A DNA stretch of 64,000 bases from Chlorokybus atmophyticus (Eukaryota; Plantae; Mesostigma and Chlorokybus algae), in contig RHPI01000772.1 in NCBI GenBank assembly GCA_009103225.1, forward strand, positions 623,312 through 687,311, given 5' to 3'. Position numbers and translations under genes: made by a program. Position 1 is the stretch's first letter. The number at the start of each line of letters is the position of its first letter. Of the stretch, positions 1-13,497 are shown one piece after another. A model generated the notes under the pieces. The model ran no database searches. It had not been told where the DNA came from and saw nothing but the letters and a program-made list of their open reading frames with translations.

Positions 1-24
1 TGATGCAGTGTTGTGTGTTTGCAG

Positions 25-3000
25 CTGGACTTGGCCAGCCATGTCTGCTGGCATGTCTACGGCCTTCTGTATCGATCAGATCGTGATTATAGGGAGGCTA
101 TTAAATGCTACCGCAATGCCTTGCGGTTGGACAAGGAAAACATACAGATCCTCCGGGATCTGTCGTTGCTGCAGGTACCAAGTGTAGTGTGGCAGCACTT
201 GCTGCTGGCAGACAGTAATCTATCAGCACATGTGTGTGCCCCACTTACTGTTTGCTTTAATCACAGGTCCAAATGCGCGATAAAGCTGGGTTTGTTGAAA
301 CAAGACGGCAGTTGCTGACGCTGAAACCGAACAACAGAAATAACTGGATCGGGTTTGCCATTGCCCAGCATCTCAATGACCAGTACGTTGCAATTCCCGC
401 GTGTCTATTGCACCACGATCCCAATGCGCCATAGAAGTTTGCTTGTTCCCGCTATGATCAAACTGCAGTCAGTGTTGGTATACAGCTCTTATGCCATGTT
501 GCGTTGATTAGGCAAAGTGTTGCCACACAAATATTGGACGCTTATGAAGGCACCTTGGATGGCCCTCCGGAGCAGGAGCGCTACGAGCACAGTGAAATGC
601 TTTTGTATAAGGTAAATGCGAGACAGTCATCAAACGCTGCGCGTGTGCCGTACATATGCTATGTGCTGACCTCCGCTGGATACCACAGGCGATGCTGTTT
701 GAGGAGATGAATGATTTGGAACTGGCGCTAGACATCTTGACGCAAAACGACTTCCTGATTGTGAGTGGTGACTGGCGTGCCTTTGTATGCTCAAAGTCTT
801 AGATTGAACTAGGTCAAGCTTGTCTTTGTGTACCCGTGCAGGCTGACAAGCTGTCACTGCGAGAAACTCGTGCAAAACTGCTATTGAAGCTTGGTAGAAA
901 TGAAGATGCAGAGAAGCTGTACCGCGCGCTGCTCAAGATCAATCCGGACCACTACGGGTCAGCGGCTGTTGACCTGTAGTGTCTTGAACAATATTAGTAT
1001 TGTTGTGATTGCAGCCATCAGGGATCCGTTGTCTGAAGCGCAACACATCTAGGTACCATGATGGACTACGAGCGTGCTTGCATCTAGAAGCTGGGCCTAG
1101 CGGCGATTTCTCGGAGGATCAAGTCACCCGGTTGAAAGAATTATATGCTGAGCTCAAAAACCTATACCCCAAATCTTCTGCGGTCAAGGTAAGTGTTGGG
1201 GCAAATGGCATCAACTAGTGTTGTCAAGGAGCTGACAGGATATGGTGCCGTTTGCCTCAGAGGATACCGCTTGACTTCCTGTCTGGGGAAGACTTTCGGA
1301 TAGCTGTGGACGAGTATGTTCGACCTTTCCTGAGGAAGGTATGTTGAGTACAACTCTTGGCTTGTCTACAGTCTTGTTTGAAAATAGCCGTTGCCAACTG
1401 CCATTGTTGAGAAGACCCAATGTTAATGTTGAGTGGTGCACAGGGTGTGCCGTCGCTGTTTTCCGATGTTCGATCCTTGTACGCGCGCGCAGATAAGGTA
1501 CAATATCAATACAGGATCTATGCATGTCAACAGGGAGGGAGACGTGTACGTCAGCAATTTCTGTGTTGTGAGCTAAGCATGATGTAATATGACAACAGGC
1601 TGATTTCTTTGAGGAAGTGCTCACAAGCATGGATCGCTCCCTGTCAGAAACCGGCCAGTTTCCTCACAGTCATGGGTATTTCAACTAAATTCCATGTCTG
1701 CTCTCTCCTTAGTTATTTTGCGTCGCACAATTGAGAGAGTGTTGCATCTGATCTTTACTTCCTCAGGAGTACTGTGGAAAACGGTCCCGACCCTGAGTCG
1801 TCAGCTCTATTATTCACATTATACTTCCTGGCTCAGGTAACAGTATTATGTCGCCAGCTGGGAGGCGTCTGTCTGTTGGCCACATCTTTGCAACATGGTT
1901 TTCTTTCCTCTGCAGCACTTTGATGCACGACAACAGCCTGCACTTGCACTTGAAAAGATTGACGCAGCCATTGAGCACACACCGTCCTTTATTGATGCCT
2001 ACCTATGCAAGGTATGTACGTGACATTGATCCTACAAGGTGGGTTATTATGTTTTCAACTGTTGACTGATGCATTTGTACGCGCCATGCCAATCACAGGC
2101 AAGCATACTTGCGCATGCTGGAGACCCTGTGGCAGCGGCAGCTTATGCAGACAATGGTCGCCAAATGGATCTCGCAGACCGCTACCTCAACAGCGAAGCC
2201 GTAAAGCGCATGCTTCGAGCTGACCAGGTCTGTGGCAGCATGTATGTCCACATCGCATCTCAATGTGCATGAATGCACATGCTAATGCACCCGTTCCATA
2301 TCAGATTGAGCTGGCAGAGAAAACGGTCGCGCTTTTCACCCGCGATGGTGACCAGCAGAACAACCTATTTGACATGCAGTGCATGTGGTAAGACAGCTGT
2401 GAGACATTGCCCGGCGTTTGGAAGTTCGCTATTGCCGCTTGCAAGACGTACACTTGGCAATCTGACGCGTGGGCTTTGCTGCATGGTCAGGTATGAGATT
2501 GAAATTGGCAACAGCTACCTGCGTACGGGGCAGCTTGGGCGTGCTCTGAAGAAGTTTCTGGCCGTTGAGAAGCACTATGCAGACATGGTAGGTTGGCAGC
2601 CGCAATTGCCATGTTCTTGCTACAGAAGCGCTTATGTCTCATGGTTCAACTTGGGTGTTTGTGTCTAGGTGGAAGACCAGTTTGACTTTCACACTTACTG
2701 CCTGCGCAAGATGACACTGCGAGCGTACATCCGAATACTAAGGCTAGAAGATCGTCTTCACAGCTTGACACCGTTTTGCCAAGGTGCAGCGCGGGCCGTG
2801 AGGTATCAATTGCTTTCTGTCATGTGCTGCTTACCATACGCTTGTTCATGGTACTGAGTGTGTATGCCATGTGGGATTTCCAGTGCAGTAATGAGCCTGT
2901 GGTGAATTTGTGGTTGGTTGCAGGTGTTATGTGGAGATGTGCGATCACCCTCCAAAATCCGCTGCACAGGCCGAGGAGGAGGCCATGGCAGCGATGAGTG

Positions 3001-4142
3001 CTGCCGACAGGAAAAAGCATCGCGCGAAGCAAAGAAAGGCTGATGCCCTGCGAGCGAAGCGGGAAGCAGAGGAGAAGGCGGCAAGGGAAGAAGCTGCTGC
3101 TAAGGAAGCCGCTGCGGCTGCTGCCTCCTCCAACAAGTCAAGCAAGAAGACTGCAAGTGAGTTATATCTGCCGTTGCTCATGCAATGCAAACCACTTGGC
3201 TTGGGTCCTGTTCTCTGGAGCATCACCTCTGCGCTGTATTGTTGTGGTAAATCGGCTGGTCTAATACTGGTGTGTTGACAGCCAAGCAGGTGGTGGATCT
3301 TGACCCCGATGGCGAGCAACTGTTGCAGTGTGAAGATCCCTTGACAGAGGCTGTCAAGTACCTGAGGCTCTTGCAAGAACACCATGGCTGTAGTATTGAA
3401 ACGCACGAGCTCGCGTTTGAGGTGTACTCAAGACGAAAACGACCGCTGCTCGCGCTGCAAGCGGTCAAAAGGATGTTGCGCGTTGACCCCACCCATCAGG
3501 ACACGTTGAAAGCGGTGGTGAAGTATTATAAGAGCGTCGAGTCCTTGCCCGAGCCCTCCACGGATGAGGAGAAGCTTGTGCGCAGCGTCATCATTGTTGA
3601 GCGCGACGAGGTGCTGGCTGGAAAAACTCTGCAACAGTATGCAGATGACTTCCGGCAAGCAAATGTCTCTTTGGCGCACACAGTTAGCTACTGCGAGTGT
3701 TTGCTACTTTTGTCTCCAGACGCCTCCTCCCAGGTACACCCGATACACGTGTTGCTGGGGGATCAAGCACTTGCATTTTTGGCGACTTTGATTCGTGGTT
3801 AGTACGTGCCTCATGCACGCACCAATGAATGCCTGTGTATCTGACATGTATGCATGCTTGCAGGTGATGCCAATTGTCGAAGCAACATGCAGTAGGTTAG
3901 AGCAGGGTGCTTCGGCAGAAGAGGTGCGACGCAGTTGGAACCTGGAGGACTGTATTGCGGTGCACAAGCTTCTGTTGGCGCGCGTTGGTGACGACATCAG
4001 CTCGCAATGGAAACAGCGGTGCTCGCAGAAGTTCCCGTTCTCGAGGTATTTTGAGGGGAGCAGTCTGGTGGCCGTAGATTCCCTTTCCTTAGATAGTGAT
4101 TTAGCAAAACCTCAGGCGAATGGTAGGGTTGGGACTGATTGA
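25..4142 (+). CDS. NAA15: N-terminal acetyltransferase A auxiliary subunit (NatA, TPR-rich); multi-exon, 5' end outside window
   Basis: Spliced GT-AG exons read [28 protein letters not shown]...ILRDLSLLQ|VQMRD...NRNNWIGFA...[11 protein letters not shown]...GVPSLF...[10 protein letters not shown]...DMQCMW|YEIE...[19 protein letters not shown]...[10 protein letters not shown], all characteristic of Naa15/Nat1. Last exon ends at TGA 4140-4142. Confidence 0.95.
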
Positions 4143-6778
4143 CTGCGTCACGGGTAGGGTAGTAGATTGCATTCTAGCGCGCTGCAATCCCTGTTGTCAT
4201 TGGCATCCTGAAGAGGGTGTGGTTGTCAATCACTCAAGTTTCCGTTGTGTGCATGACAGTGCCATGGCACGCCACACCAGCATCACACTACTTGATGTCC
4301 TTGCGTGAGACTCTCAGGAACCAAGTCTGGCCGCGCTGATGCGTTGCCTATTCCCATGGAGGTTGACAATCTGGAAGGGAACGTGCTATAGACTTGAAAG
4401 CTCACCTAACATGCAATTACCGTCCTTGGAATCAACGCGTACAAGTGAAAAGTGGTGACAGCAGAGGGGGATTAAGAACCACGCACTGCCATGCACCGGC
4501 AAATGAAACGGCCTCTCTTGCTGTGAGGGTCAGCTGCTGTTCGGTTGTGTTGCGACCTTTATCTCCCATAAGGGAACTACGCTCTGCCGACTTCAGCAAC
4601 GACCGAAGTCAGACAAGAGTGGAGCGCTGCCCCACAATAACCACCACGCACGGCAAGGCGTCAGTCAACTGCAGCGTCCTCTGTTGCTGCAAGCGTCAAG
4701 CATTGCTCGGATGTGTCGCGACCTTTACTTCCCTTCTAGGACTTCCGCGCTGCCGACTTTGACAACGATCAAGCCAGTCAAGAGTAGCGCGCTATCTGTT
4801 CCAGCCTTTGCTGATGTATTGATAGTGTTGTAGTTTGCTTCCATTTGCTTGTGTGTATTGATTGTGTTTGAATGTTAGAGCTATGGGTTTCACACTACCA
4901 GGCGTTGTGGTTTTTCAGAAAAATTTTAAAACAAGAGGGGGAAGGCAGGGGGGGAGCAGCAGTAAGCTTCATATGCGCACGGGTCAGTGCTTGCTAACAG
5001 TCGCTGACAATGCACGGCTGTGTGGCAGGGTTGCTGCACAGCTGTCTGACGCATGCTGCAATGCAAGCATGACTGACAGGGATGGGGTGTAGTAGTGAGG
5101 TAGTTGGTAGACTCAAGTACTGTTAACCCGGTGGTAAACTTCAATGCCACGGCATCCCTGGGATGTTGCATGCTCCGTGCTATCCATGCATGTATGTATT
5201 GCCCTCATCTTTTTTGGAACAACAGCAATGGACAACAAAGGACAAACTTGCATAGCATAGCGCAGCTCTTATACCCTTCGCAAAGCATCCATTATATAGT
5301 GATGATGTCGACGTTCATCATTGGTAAAACGATGAGATTATGATAAAGTCTATATGTAGCATATCATGCCCCTTCAACGTTACACATGCTCGTGCATTGC
5401 ACGAGTGTACTCTGAGCGAAGAGGGTGAATGCAAAAACACAACATGACGTGCTCACAACATTGTAATGTGTCGTTTCGTTCATGCGCATTGCATATATGT
5501 GACCACGCTTCCAAAGACGATTCATCTGTTTGCAAGAGCCTTTGGCATAAGGTGGATCATCGTCGGTGCGACGTGTGGTACAATGCAAGGTTTTGCTTAT
5601 AAGCCGCATGTTGAGACTCGTATGCATGTACAAGCATTGCATTGCTTGCGCGCTGGAATGTGCTCAGGGTGGGCGCTGCTAGAGAGGGATGTAAGCACAC
5701 TCGCGAGCTGGCCAGTGCAACAGCCTCCACCAATATAGTGACAGATTTGCAGCGCTCTTATTGTGAGGCCCGGCTTCATAATACGAGCGCTGCAAAGTCA
5801 GCATGTAGGACCCACATGCTAGCTTGCGGTGTTTGGTGATGCCAGATGGCAGACGAGAGTGGTTATTGCTATGCGTATCATTACTGATAATCTAGGTGGC
5901 GCGTGGATGCTTTAATCATATTACAGTTTGTGCACTGTTGGACGTCATGAGTCACTTGGTGATTACCAAAAGATAATGACGCTAATCATCTGACTCGTGC
6001 TCGTCATTTCGTCATTATGTACATTTCCTTTGCTGTAACATTAGCTGCCAATGCGTTGACGGTATGTTATCATAACAATCACACCCATATTCGATGCTTA
6101 ACTTTGTGCGCGTGTTCCGCTCAATGATTAATACACATCCTGCGATGCATATACATCAGCACGTGCTGTTTGATGTTGACACTTGCCTGCGTGGTATCAT
6201 TGTTGTATCCGAATACATTGTTGTATGTAAATACCGGCTTGCATGGATCCATTGTAATATATGTGATAGTTTTTTGGAATTATGCGATGCACATGACATA
6301 TATCGCTATTATAATTCAATGTTGCGTTTTGAACTAATCACCGCGAATGTTGCAATTGTGGTTGTATATGGTGTGCATGTGGTTGTGTTGACATTGATGA
6401 CTTGAACAAGCAGGCTTTGTGGGTGGAGAGAGAGAGAGACCTTCCGTATGCAATACACCGACAATCTTGATACGCTTCGCTAACAACCTCTTGATCCTGC
6501 GTTGTATGGTGCATGTTGCTTACTGCAATTGTGTGGTAAGTACTCACAAATGAAGGACTTCATGAGTGTCTCATTTGCACACAGGGAAATGCTTATACAG
6601 CCCTGTGCCTCGCGACCTTGTGTGATTCATCATCGTCATCAGTGTCTTCTGGTCAGTCAGACAGAACTCAGTGATTCCACGTGTCCAGCGGCCCGTTTGC
6701 CTAACGTTAGTGCGTTACCACACTCTTGCAGCTGCCCAATTCGCACGTTAGGGGGCGGCGGCGGCGGCGGCGGCGACT

Positions 6779-8504
6779 ATGGCGGTGATGCCGTCCACGT
6801 CCCCGGCATCGTTGCGGGCGATTAGGGATTTAGGGAGCGGGTTGGCGACATGGCGTGGGTCGTCAACATCATCGTCAGGAGTGGCGCTCCCGCGCCGTTG
6901 CCGTCCAGGCCGCCTCTTCGTCCAGGCCGCCGGCAGCGCCAACGGACTTGCCCTTCAAGGCGACGGCAAGCATGGACCCATTGACGTGGTGCATCTGAGC
7001 AATCTGTGCGTGGACGTCAACGTGAAGGTGAATGGATGAGATGTCCAGTTTGAGGCAGCAGAGGGTTAATTGCGTTCGCAGCTTGTCTGTTGGTTGCATT
7101 CGTACTGTACGCAAACAGTAAGTAGTAAGCAGCTGCAAACTGCACTCTGCAACTGCTTGCTTCAATATGTGATGCTCATTTCACATGATGGCAACGAGTC
7201 GCTGTGCGCTGACTCTTCATACGACTTTGGTCACATTGAAGCTGTACGTCATGCAGACACATGCGCAATTGGTCGCATGCTCACGTACACTTACAACTGA
7301 ACTTCACTTGCTCGCTTGACGAAACAAGTCATACTCAACTCAAGAGACGCACGCACGCAATCAGGTGGATCGGTTGCCCGGCCCCTCCCGCGCCGCCCGT
7401 CTCGCGACCCTCCGCCGCCTCGAACAGCAGCAGCGAGAGCAGCAGGAGGATAGCGGGGATGGACCCTCGACGTCGAGCAGCGAGTGGGAGGAGTCGTGGG
7501 AGCCGGGAGGGAGCTCCAACTTCGCGATCGCGGCGGCGAGGATGGGTAAGAGGTGTATGTGTGTGGGCGTGCATGCGCGTGCGCGTGCACGTGCGTGCAC
7601 GTGCGTGTGTGCGTGCGGGCGGGCGGGTGCGCGTGTTGGCGTAGGCATGCGTATGTGTGCTCGTGCATGCTTGCGTGCATGGGCTTGCGGATGCGTACGT
7701 GCACGTGCGTGCTTGCGTGAGCTTGCGGGCGTGCGCTTGCGTGCATGTGTGTGCATACGTGTAAGTGCGCTTGTGCGTGCGTGCGTGCTTTCGCGAATGT
7801 TGTCCACGCAGTCAGTCCATGTGTGAGCACGTTGTGAGTTGTACACTGCATTAGCATCTTTTATGCCAACATTGTCTTCCATGTTGAAGGCATGCGGAGC
7901 AGCATTGTTGGTTGGTGGGGCGACGACGTTTTTGGGGATTTTCTGCAAACCACACTCCACGCGGAAGGCGTCCGACTCCAACGCATGGTAAGAGGACACA
8001 TGCACACACAGTGCACGTGCGTACATAGTAGTCTTGCCTTGTATACATACCTAGTACTGGCTGTCACACCCATACAACACAAAACGTGCAACAGCAACAA
8101 CTGAAAAGCATTATGTTGGTGCTTTCGAGTGCTATTCGCTGTGCGTTAGCTTCATACATACAGGGCATGTGTGTGCGAACATGGCTTGCAGAGGTGTGGT
8201 ATGGTGCCTTATAAGTCAGTCAGTTGTTTGTTGAGCTCTATATATATGGGGCACATATGTGAACATGGTTTGTAGAGCTGTGGCGCACACACGTGTGCTC
8301 GCATATGCGCGCATGCGTGCAAGCGCACGTATGTTTGAGCGCGCGCGTGCGCCCGGCATGTGCGTGCATTACATACACAGGCGTGCGTGCGTGTGTGCGT
8401 GGCTGCGCCCCCTGCGTGTACGCGTGTGCACACGTGTGCGCGTGCATACGTGCATGCTAGTGTGCGCAAGCACCATCCAAATCGTCCACATACATACATA
8501 CACA

Positions 8505-8548
<44 letters not shown>

Positions 8549-10554
8549 CCCCACCCCCAGGTCCCTCGTTCCCACCTCCCCCTCTTCTCTCCCTCCTTCT
8601 CCGGGGAGTCCCTCGTCTGCTACGTCCTGGTGGACCGCCTCTCCGGCGCCCACGCCTTCGCGTCGCGATTCGATTTCGACGGCGACGACGGGCCGCTCTT
8701 CCGACGCATGGCGCGGATGACCAGGGAGGCGGAGGGGATGGTCGAGGGGGCGGAGGCGCTGGTGGTCAACGGGTTCGTGTTCGATGAGGTGGGTTAGTGG
8801 CGGGTTGAAAGTGCACGTGCGTGTGTGCAGGTGCGTGCCTGTGTTGGTGCATTTGTATATGGTTGGAGCTGCTGCAGCAGCAGCTCCTCCTCCGGGTTGC
8901 TTGTTTTGTGCTGTATGGTAAGGATTGCGCCCAACTTCCCTGGCCAGTGTTGTCTTTGGTGAGCGCACAGCACGGGTTGGTTTGTGCGCGATGGTGTGCG
9001 CGTGAGAAGCGTGTGGTTAAGAACGTGTGTACATCATGTGCATGTCAACAGTCGGCACTGGCTGTCGCACTACTTGATACACTATTCATTGTCGAACAGA
9101 TGCCGCTGGAAGCTGTTGAGCGTGCACTCTCTTCCTTCTCCTCCTCCTCCTCATCACCATCATCATCGGTGTTCCTGGACATCGGCCCGCGGTGTGCCTC
9201 GGCGGCCTCGCGAGCGAGCATCGTGCGCGCGGTGGCTCTGTGCGACGTGGTCATGTGCACAGCCGATGAGGCCGCAGACATTACCGGTATGCTTGACATA
9301 CAACATGTCGACTGGTACACGGGCATGTGCGCGTGTACACATGCACGCACGTCACACATGCGGGGATGTGCATACGCACGCACGTGCACGCTCACATGTG
9401 CGCATGTACTGGCACACATGCATGCAAGCACATATACACGCGTGTAAGCTCACACGCACTTCTCTTGCAGGCATCAGGGACGATGTGGGTGGGGCTGTGG
9501 AGAGGCTGTTTGAGCTTGGTAGGGGTCGGGTGGCGTGGGTTGTGGTGAAAATGGGGCGCGGGGGGTGCGCGCTCTACACGCGGGAGGGGAGGGTCACGCG
9601 GCAAGCTGCTCTCCGAGTCGAGGTAAGGAAAACGGTGGTAACTAAGTGTCTTGTATGTGTATAATTGTGCTACACACATATGCCCGCATGCATGTGCGCA
9701 AATGTGCACGCGCGTGGGTGCATGCATGGGCAATCACACGCGCGCACACGCACGCGCGCACGCGCACGCAAAGCCTCGTACTGCTCTGCTTCAATTTGTG
9801 TTCATAACAGCATTCTGTGCGATCGAAAGTTCTCAGTATAGATGTTGTTGTGCATGTTAGGTAGCGGACACGGTTGGGTGCGGGGATTCTTTTGGCGCGG
9901 CGATCGTGCTTGGCTTCTGCCGCGCCAGACGAAGAGAGTGGGGCTACGGCATTGGCAGCAGTATTAGCGAAGATGTCGGCGTCGAAGCCGCCACGCTCGC
10001 GCTGGCTAACGCGGTCGGGGCGGGGACGGCCACGGGGGTCGGTGCAGGAAGACAGGTGTGTGGTTGCTGACGGGCGCATGCATGTTGCAGATATGTGCGT
10101 GCGTGCGCGAGCCGAAGAGCTGCGCGTTACCTGTGGCAGATTGTGTGTTGATACTGGCTTTTGTGCATCGTTCACTCAGGTTGCGAGCATGGAGTTGGTG
10201 TGCGCGCTGCTCGAGCAGCAGCGCTTGCACCCGCATGCGAAGGAGTTGGGTGCACTCGTCGGCCGCGACGCAAAGGTGAGTTCCACGTTTATCGCACACA
10301 GTTGTCTCACCCTCTTTGCGTGCTAACACGCAACGTACGTGAACATTGTTGGCTGACAATCAATGTCGCGTCTCTTCTTTGATCAGAGGGAGGCGGAGGT
10401 GGCCAGCGCAGCGCTGCTTTTGCTAGAAGACAGCCTGGGGCCGGAGCGGTGGAGGCACGCGCTCATGTTGGCTCGCAGTCGCGCGCAGCGGTTGGACCAC
10501 AACTTGATTGTGTCGTCGTCCGCGAGGCACCCGGAGCTCTCGGGCGCCATCTAG
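6779..10554 (+). CDS. PfkB-family carbohydrate kinase with likely plastid transit peptide; multi-exon
   Basis: Ser/Arg/Ala-rich N-terminus, then DVVHLSNLCVDV, WEPGGSSNFAIAAARMG, GDDVFGDFL, VFLDIGPR, VVVKMGRGG and the PfkB signature DTVGCGDSFGAA (~9862-9900). Exons joined at GT-AG sites; stop TAG at 10552-10554. Confidence 0.88.
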
Positions 10555-11308
10555 GTTGCATGCGTATGTGGTTGAATATAGATCGTTGTTGAGGGTCTTT
10601 CTTAGAGTACATATGTGTTGCTAGCGGACACCATTGGTGTGATCCAATCAATAGTGTCACAGTAAAGTACACATCGATATAGGCTGCTGATAGTTTACTT
10701 GTGCGCAACATGTCATGCGTCGTATTGATCCGCCTGCGTGTTGACAGCAATGCAGCAAGTGGTCCGCTTACACAATTGCAGCATGGGTCCCATATCATAC
10801 TTGCACATCATGTAAAGCATGGGCCCATCCATTATCACTAAGCCCAAGCGCATGATATAATTGAACTGAATGTGGAGCACAGGGTCAATCAGATGGCCCG
10901 AAATTAAAGGAGACACAGCACAGCATACCAGCAGGCAGCCACAAACACACTTCACAAATCACCCAGCTGAAAGCATTGCAGGTTGCATATGCACAGTCAT
11001 GATCTTTGGCAACAACTGCATATCATTGGTTGCGCGTGCAGCTCTGTGTCCCTAAATCTGCATGGGATCATTATGACAAGGGCCTGAAGAGCAGGTACTA
11101 TCAATATGCAGATGTGACTACAGGAACGCGAATTCTTTGTTGCTGTTAATACTCATATAGTCAGTTAGTTAGTTGTTAGGCATCAATGAGGGGACGACCA
11201 CGCGCACGTGAACGCGCACACGCACGCACGCATGTGCGACCTCTAGCACTCGTATCCACACAGTTGAAATGCACGTGTCCTCACGCACGCACGAAGGCAG
11301 GTTGTACA

Positions 11309-13497
11309 TCAGTTGAGTTTTCCCTTCCACGCCGCGAGCATGCGTTTCCTGTCTCCCGCGTGCGCCACGGCGGACCCGAGGTACAGCACCGCGAACAGGA
11401 CGGCGCTGGCGGCCACCACCACCAGGGTGAACCCTTGCGGCTGGGGGAGATTGTTCAGGAAGGGGTAAGGATACACCTGCGGGAGAGGGGAGGAAGGTGG
11501 GTGGGATTGTTGTGTCTGTGGTATCGTGCTTCTTCCACGCAGAAAAAGCAGAAGAGAATGTGAGGCACTGTTGGTTTGTCTTTTGTGTTATTGCGTTTTG
11601 ATGTCGTCACGGCTTGGCAGCAGCCCCAAACTAGCGCTACCATGACCAGTGCTGGTGCACTGCCAGTAGTACTGCAACTAGTACCTCTGGCACTGTACTG
11701 GTTGTACTATCACTACCGGTACATGCCGCTATGTGTGGTCACTAGAGCCAGTGATGACGGTAGCAGTGGTAGCGTAGTAAAAGCTTACTACCAGTTCTAG
11801 CAGCAGTGGCCACTAACAATGCCACTACAGTGGTAGTAGAGCAGCAGTACTCCTGGTAGTAGTATCAATCCTGCTGGGACTGGTGTGGCAGTAGTGCTAA
11901 CAGAATCACTGGTAGCAGACATGCACGTAGCAATATAGTGCCAGTAGTTACTACTGTTGTGGCAATACTGGCACTGCTACCAGCATGTGCCAGTAATGCC
12001 ACAGCATGATCTGAGATGTAAATACACGTGTACGTACCCCATTCTGGACGTAGCACACGGATATCCACGTTGTGTACGCGACGGCGAAGGCGACGGCGAG
12101 GTGGAACGACGCGCGCGGGAACGTCCGTCGGCTGGCGAAGACGTCCGCCCAGGCCACGGCCGCGTTTGCGTAGTGGACGGCGATCGAGAGCCACCAGGGA
12201 CGGGGGATACTGCGATGGAGACAGTGTGTGGGTGTGGGTAGGAGTGGGTGGGTGGTTGGCAATGCAGAAGAAGCTGCATGCTCCACATTGAGCGACAATA
12301 ACCAACAGTTTGTCCTTACTCTGCGCCTTCGACGGGTGCGCGCAGGGCGACATGCAGGACAGCGTTCATGACGGTGACGACGTTGGCCACGCCGAACGCC
12401 GCGCACGCCATCACGTTCGTGAACTTGTGCAGACCCCTCAACTGCAATTGCATACGAGTACACAACACACATGATTTTGTTGTGCGTCGGCTGGTTTCTT
12501 GTTAATGGCATGCACATGTACACGAGTGCGCACACACGTGTGATAGATACGCATACATGAAAACGGCGCACAAGTTGTACACAAGTATAGCATGCATGTG
12601 CGAACCCGACAGCAACATGATATGAGGGCAACAGTCACAACTTTCTCTCACCTTGGGTGCCATCTGACAGAGCACGCAGAAGAACAGCACCATGACTTGG
12701 AACGACATCCCCCAATAAGTCAAGTACTGCGCACTTACACGCACACACATACGCACAGACGGACGGGCACGTAGTCAGCAACAGTCTTTTCGAGACAAAG
12801 AGAGAAGGAGGAGTTATGATCTCTAACACCAACAATGACAATTATTGAGTTTGTTAATTTCAAGTACTACTCTCACCCTTGTGAACCATCCATAGCCCCT
12901 GGCGCCAGGAAGCCTCTGCGCGTCCTTGCTGAAATGCCAGCACCATACATACAGATACCTGCCCCATGCCCACCCACCCACATTTGAGCGCATTTTCTGT
13001 TGTTCCTACAAAACTTTTTGCAAGCATTATCACACTCGTCATTAGCATCTGATGTACGTATATGCTCCGGTTTAAGAAAAGGGTTTGGTTGGTTTTGTGC
13101 AGCCAAAAGTGAATAAAGCATGGCCATGATGGCAAAGGGAAAGCGCTAATGATGCCAACAATAGTGGCAAAAGCAGGGCAAGGTTTCGCTGGCGTTTTTC
13201 CCTGCCCTGTTTTCACGCCTCGACAAGCAATGGCAATGAACCAAACGACATAGCCTACAATACAGCTCAAGGTATGGACAAGATGAGAAACAGACCAAGC
13301 ATCAGAACAACCCTCGCTGATGTTTGGCAATACGCATTGTGCATTGGTCATTACGCAAAGAAGCTGGTGAGGTAGAAAGCGAAAGTCCCCAAGCTGGAAG
13401 CAGCAGGCTCTGCTGCTGCCGTTGACCGTCCATGCCCATCAACACCACCTCCACCTTGTCCTCCTCCTCCTCCTGCGCCGCCTCTCCGCTTCGCCAT
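11309..13497 (-). CDS. FAR-17a/AIG1-like multi-pass membrane protein; 6 exons
   Basis: Reconstructed peptide MAKRRGG...TFAFYLTSFFA|YLYVWCWHFSKDAQRLPGARGYGWFTR|YLTYWGMSFQ...|...PWWLSIAVHYANA...YTTWISVCYVQNG|VYPYPFLNNLPQPQGF...GKLN*. The YLTxW, VH and YPYPFL motifs fit the FAR-17a/AIG1 family. Confidence 0.8.

Noticed and set aside
7261-9733. Many overlapping 100-226 aa ORFs rich in C/V/A/R/H/T
   Set aside because: They arise from stop-poor alternating purine-pyrimidine introns; the real product is the spliced PfkB.
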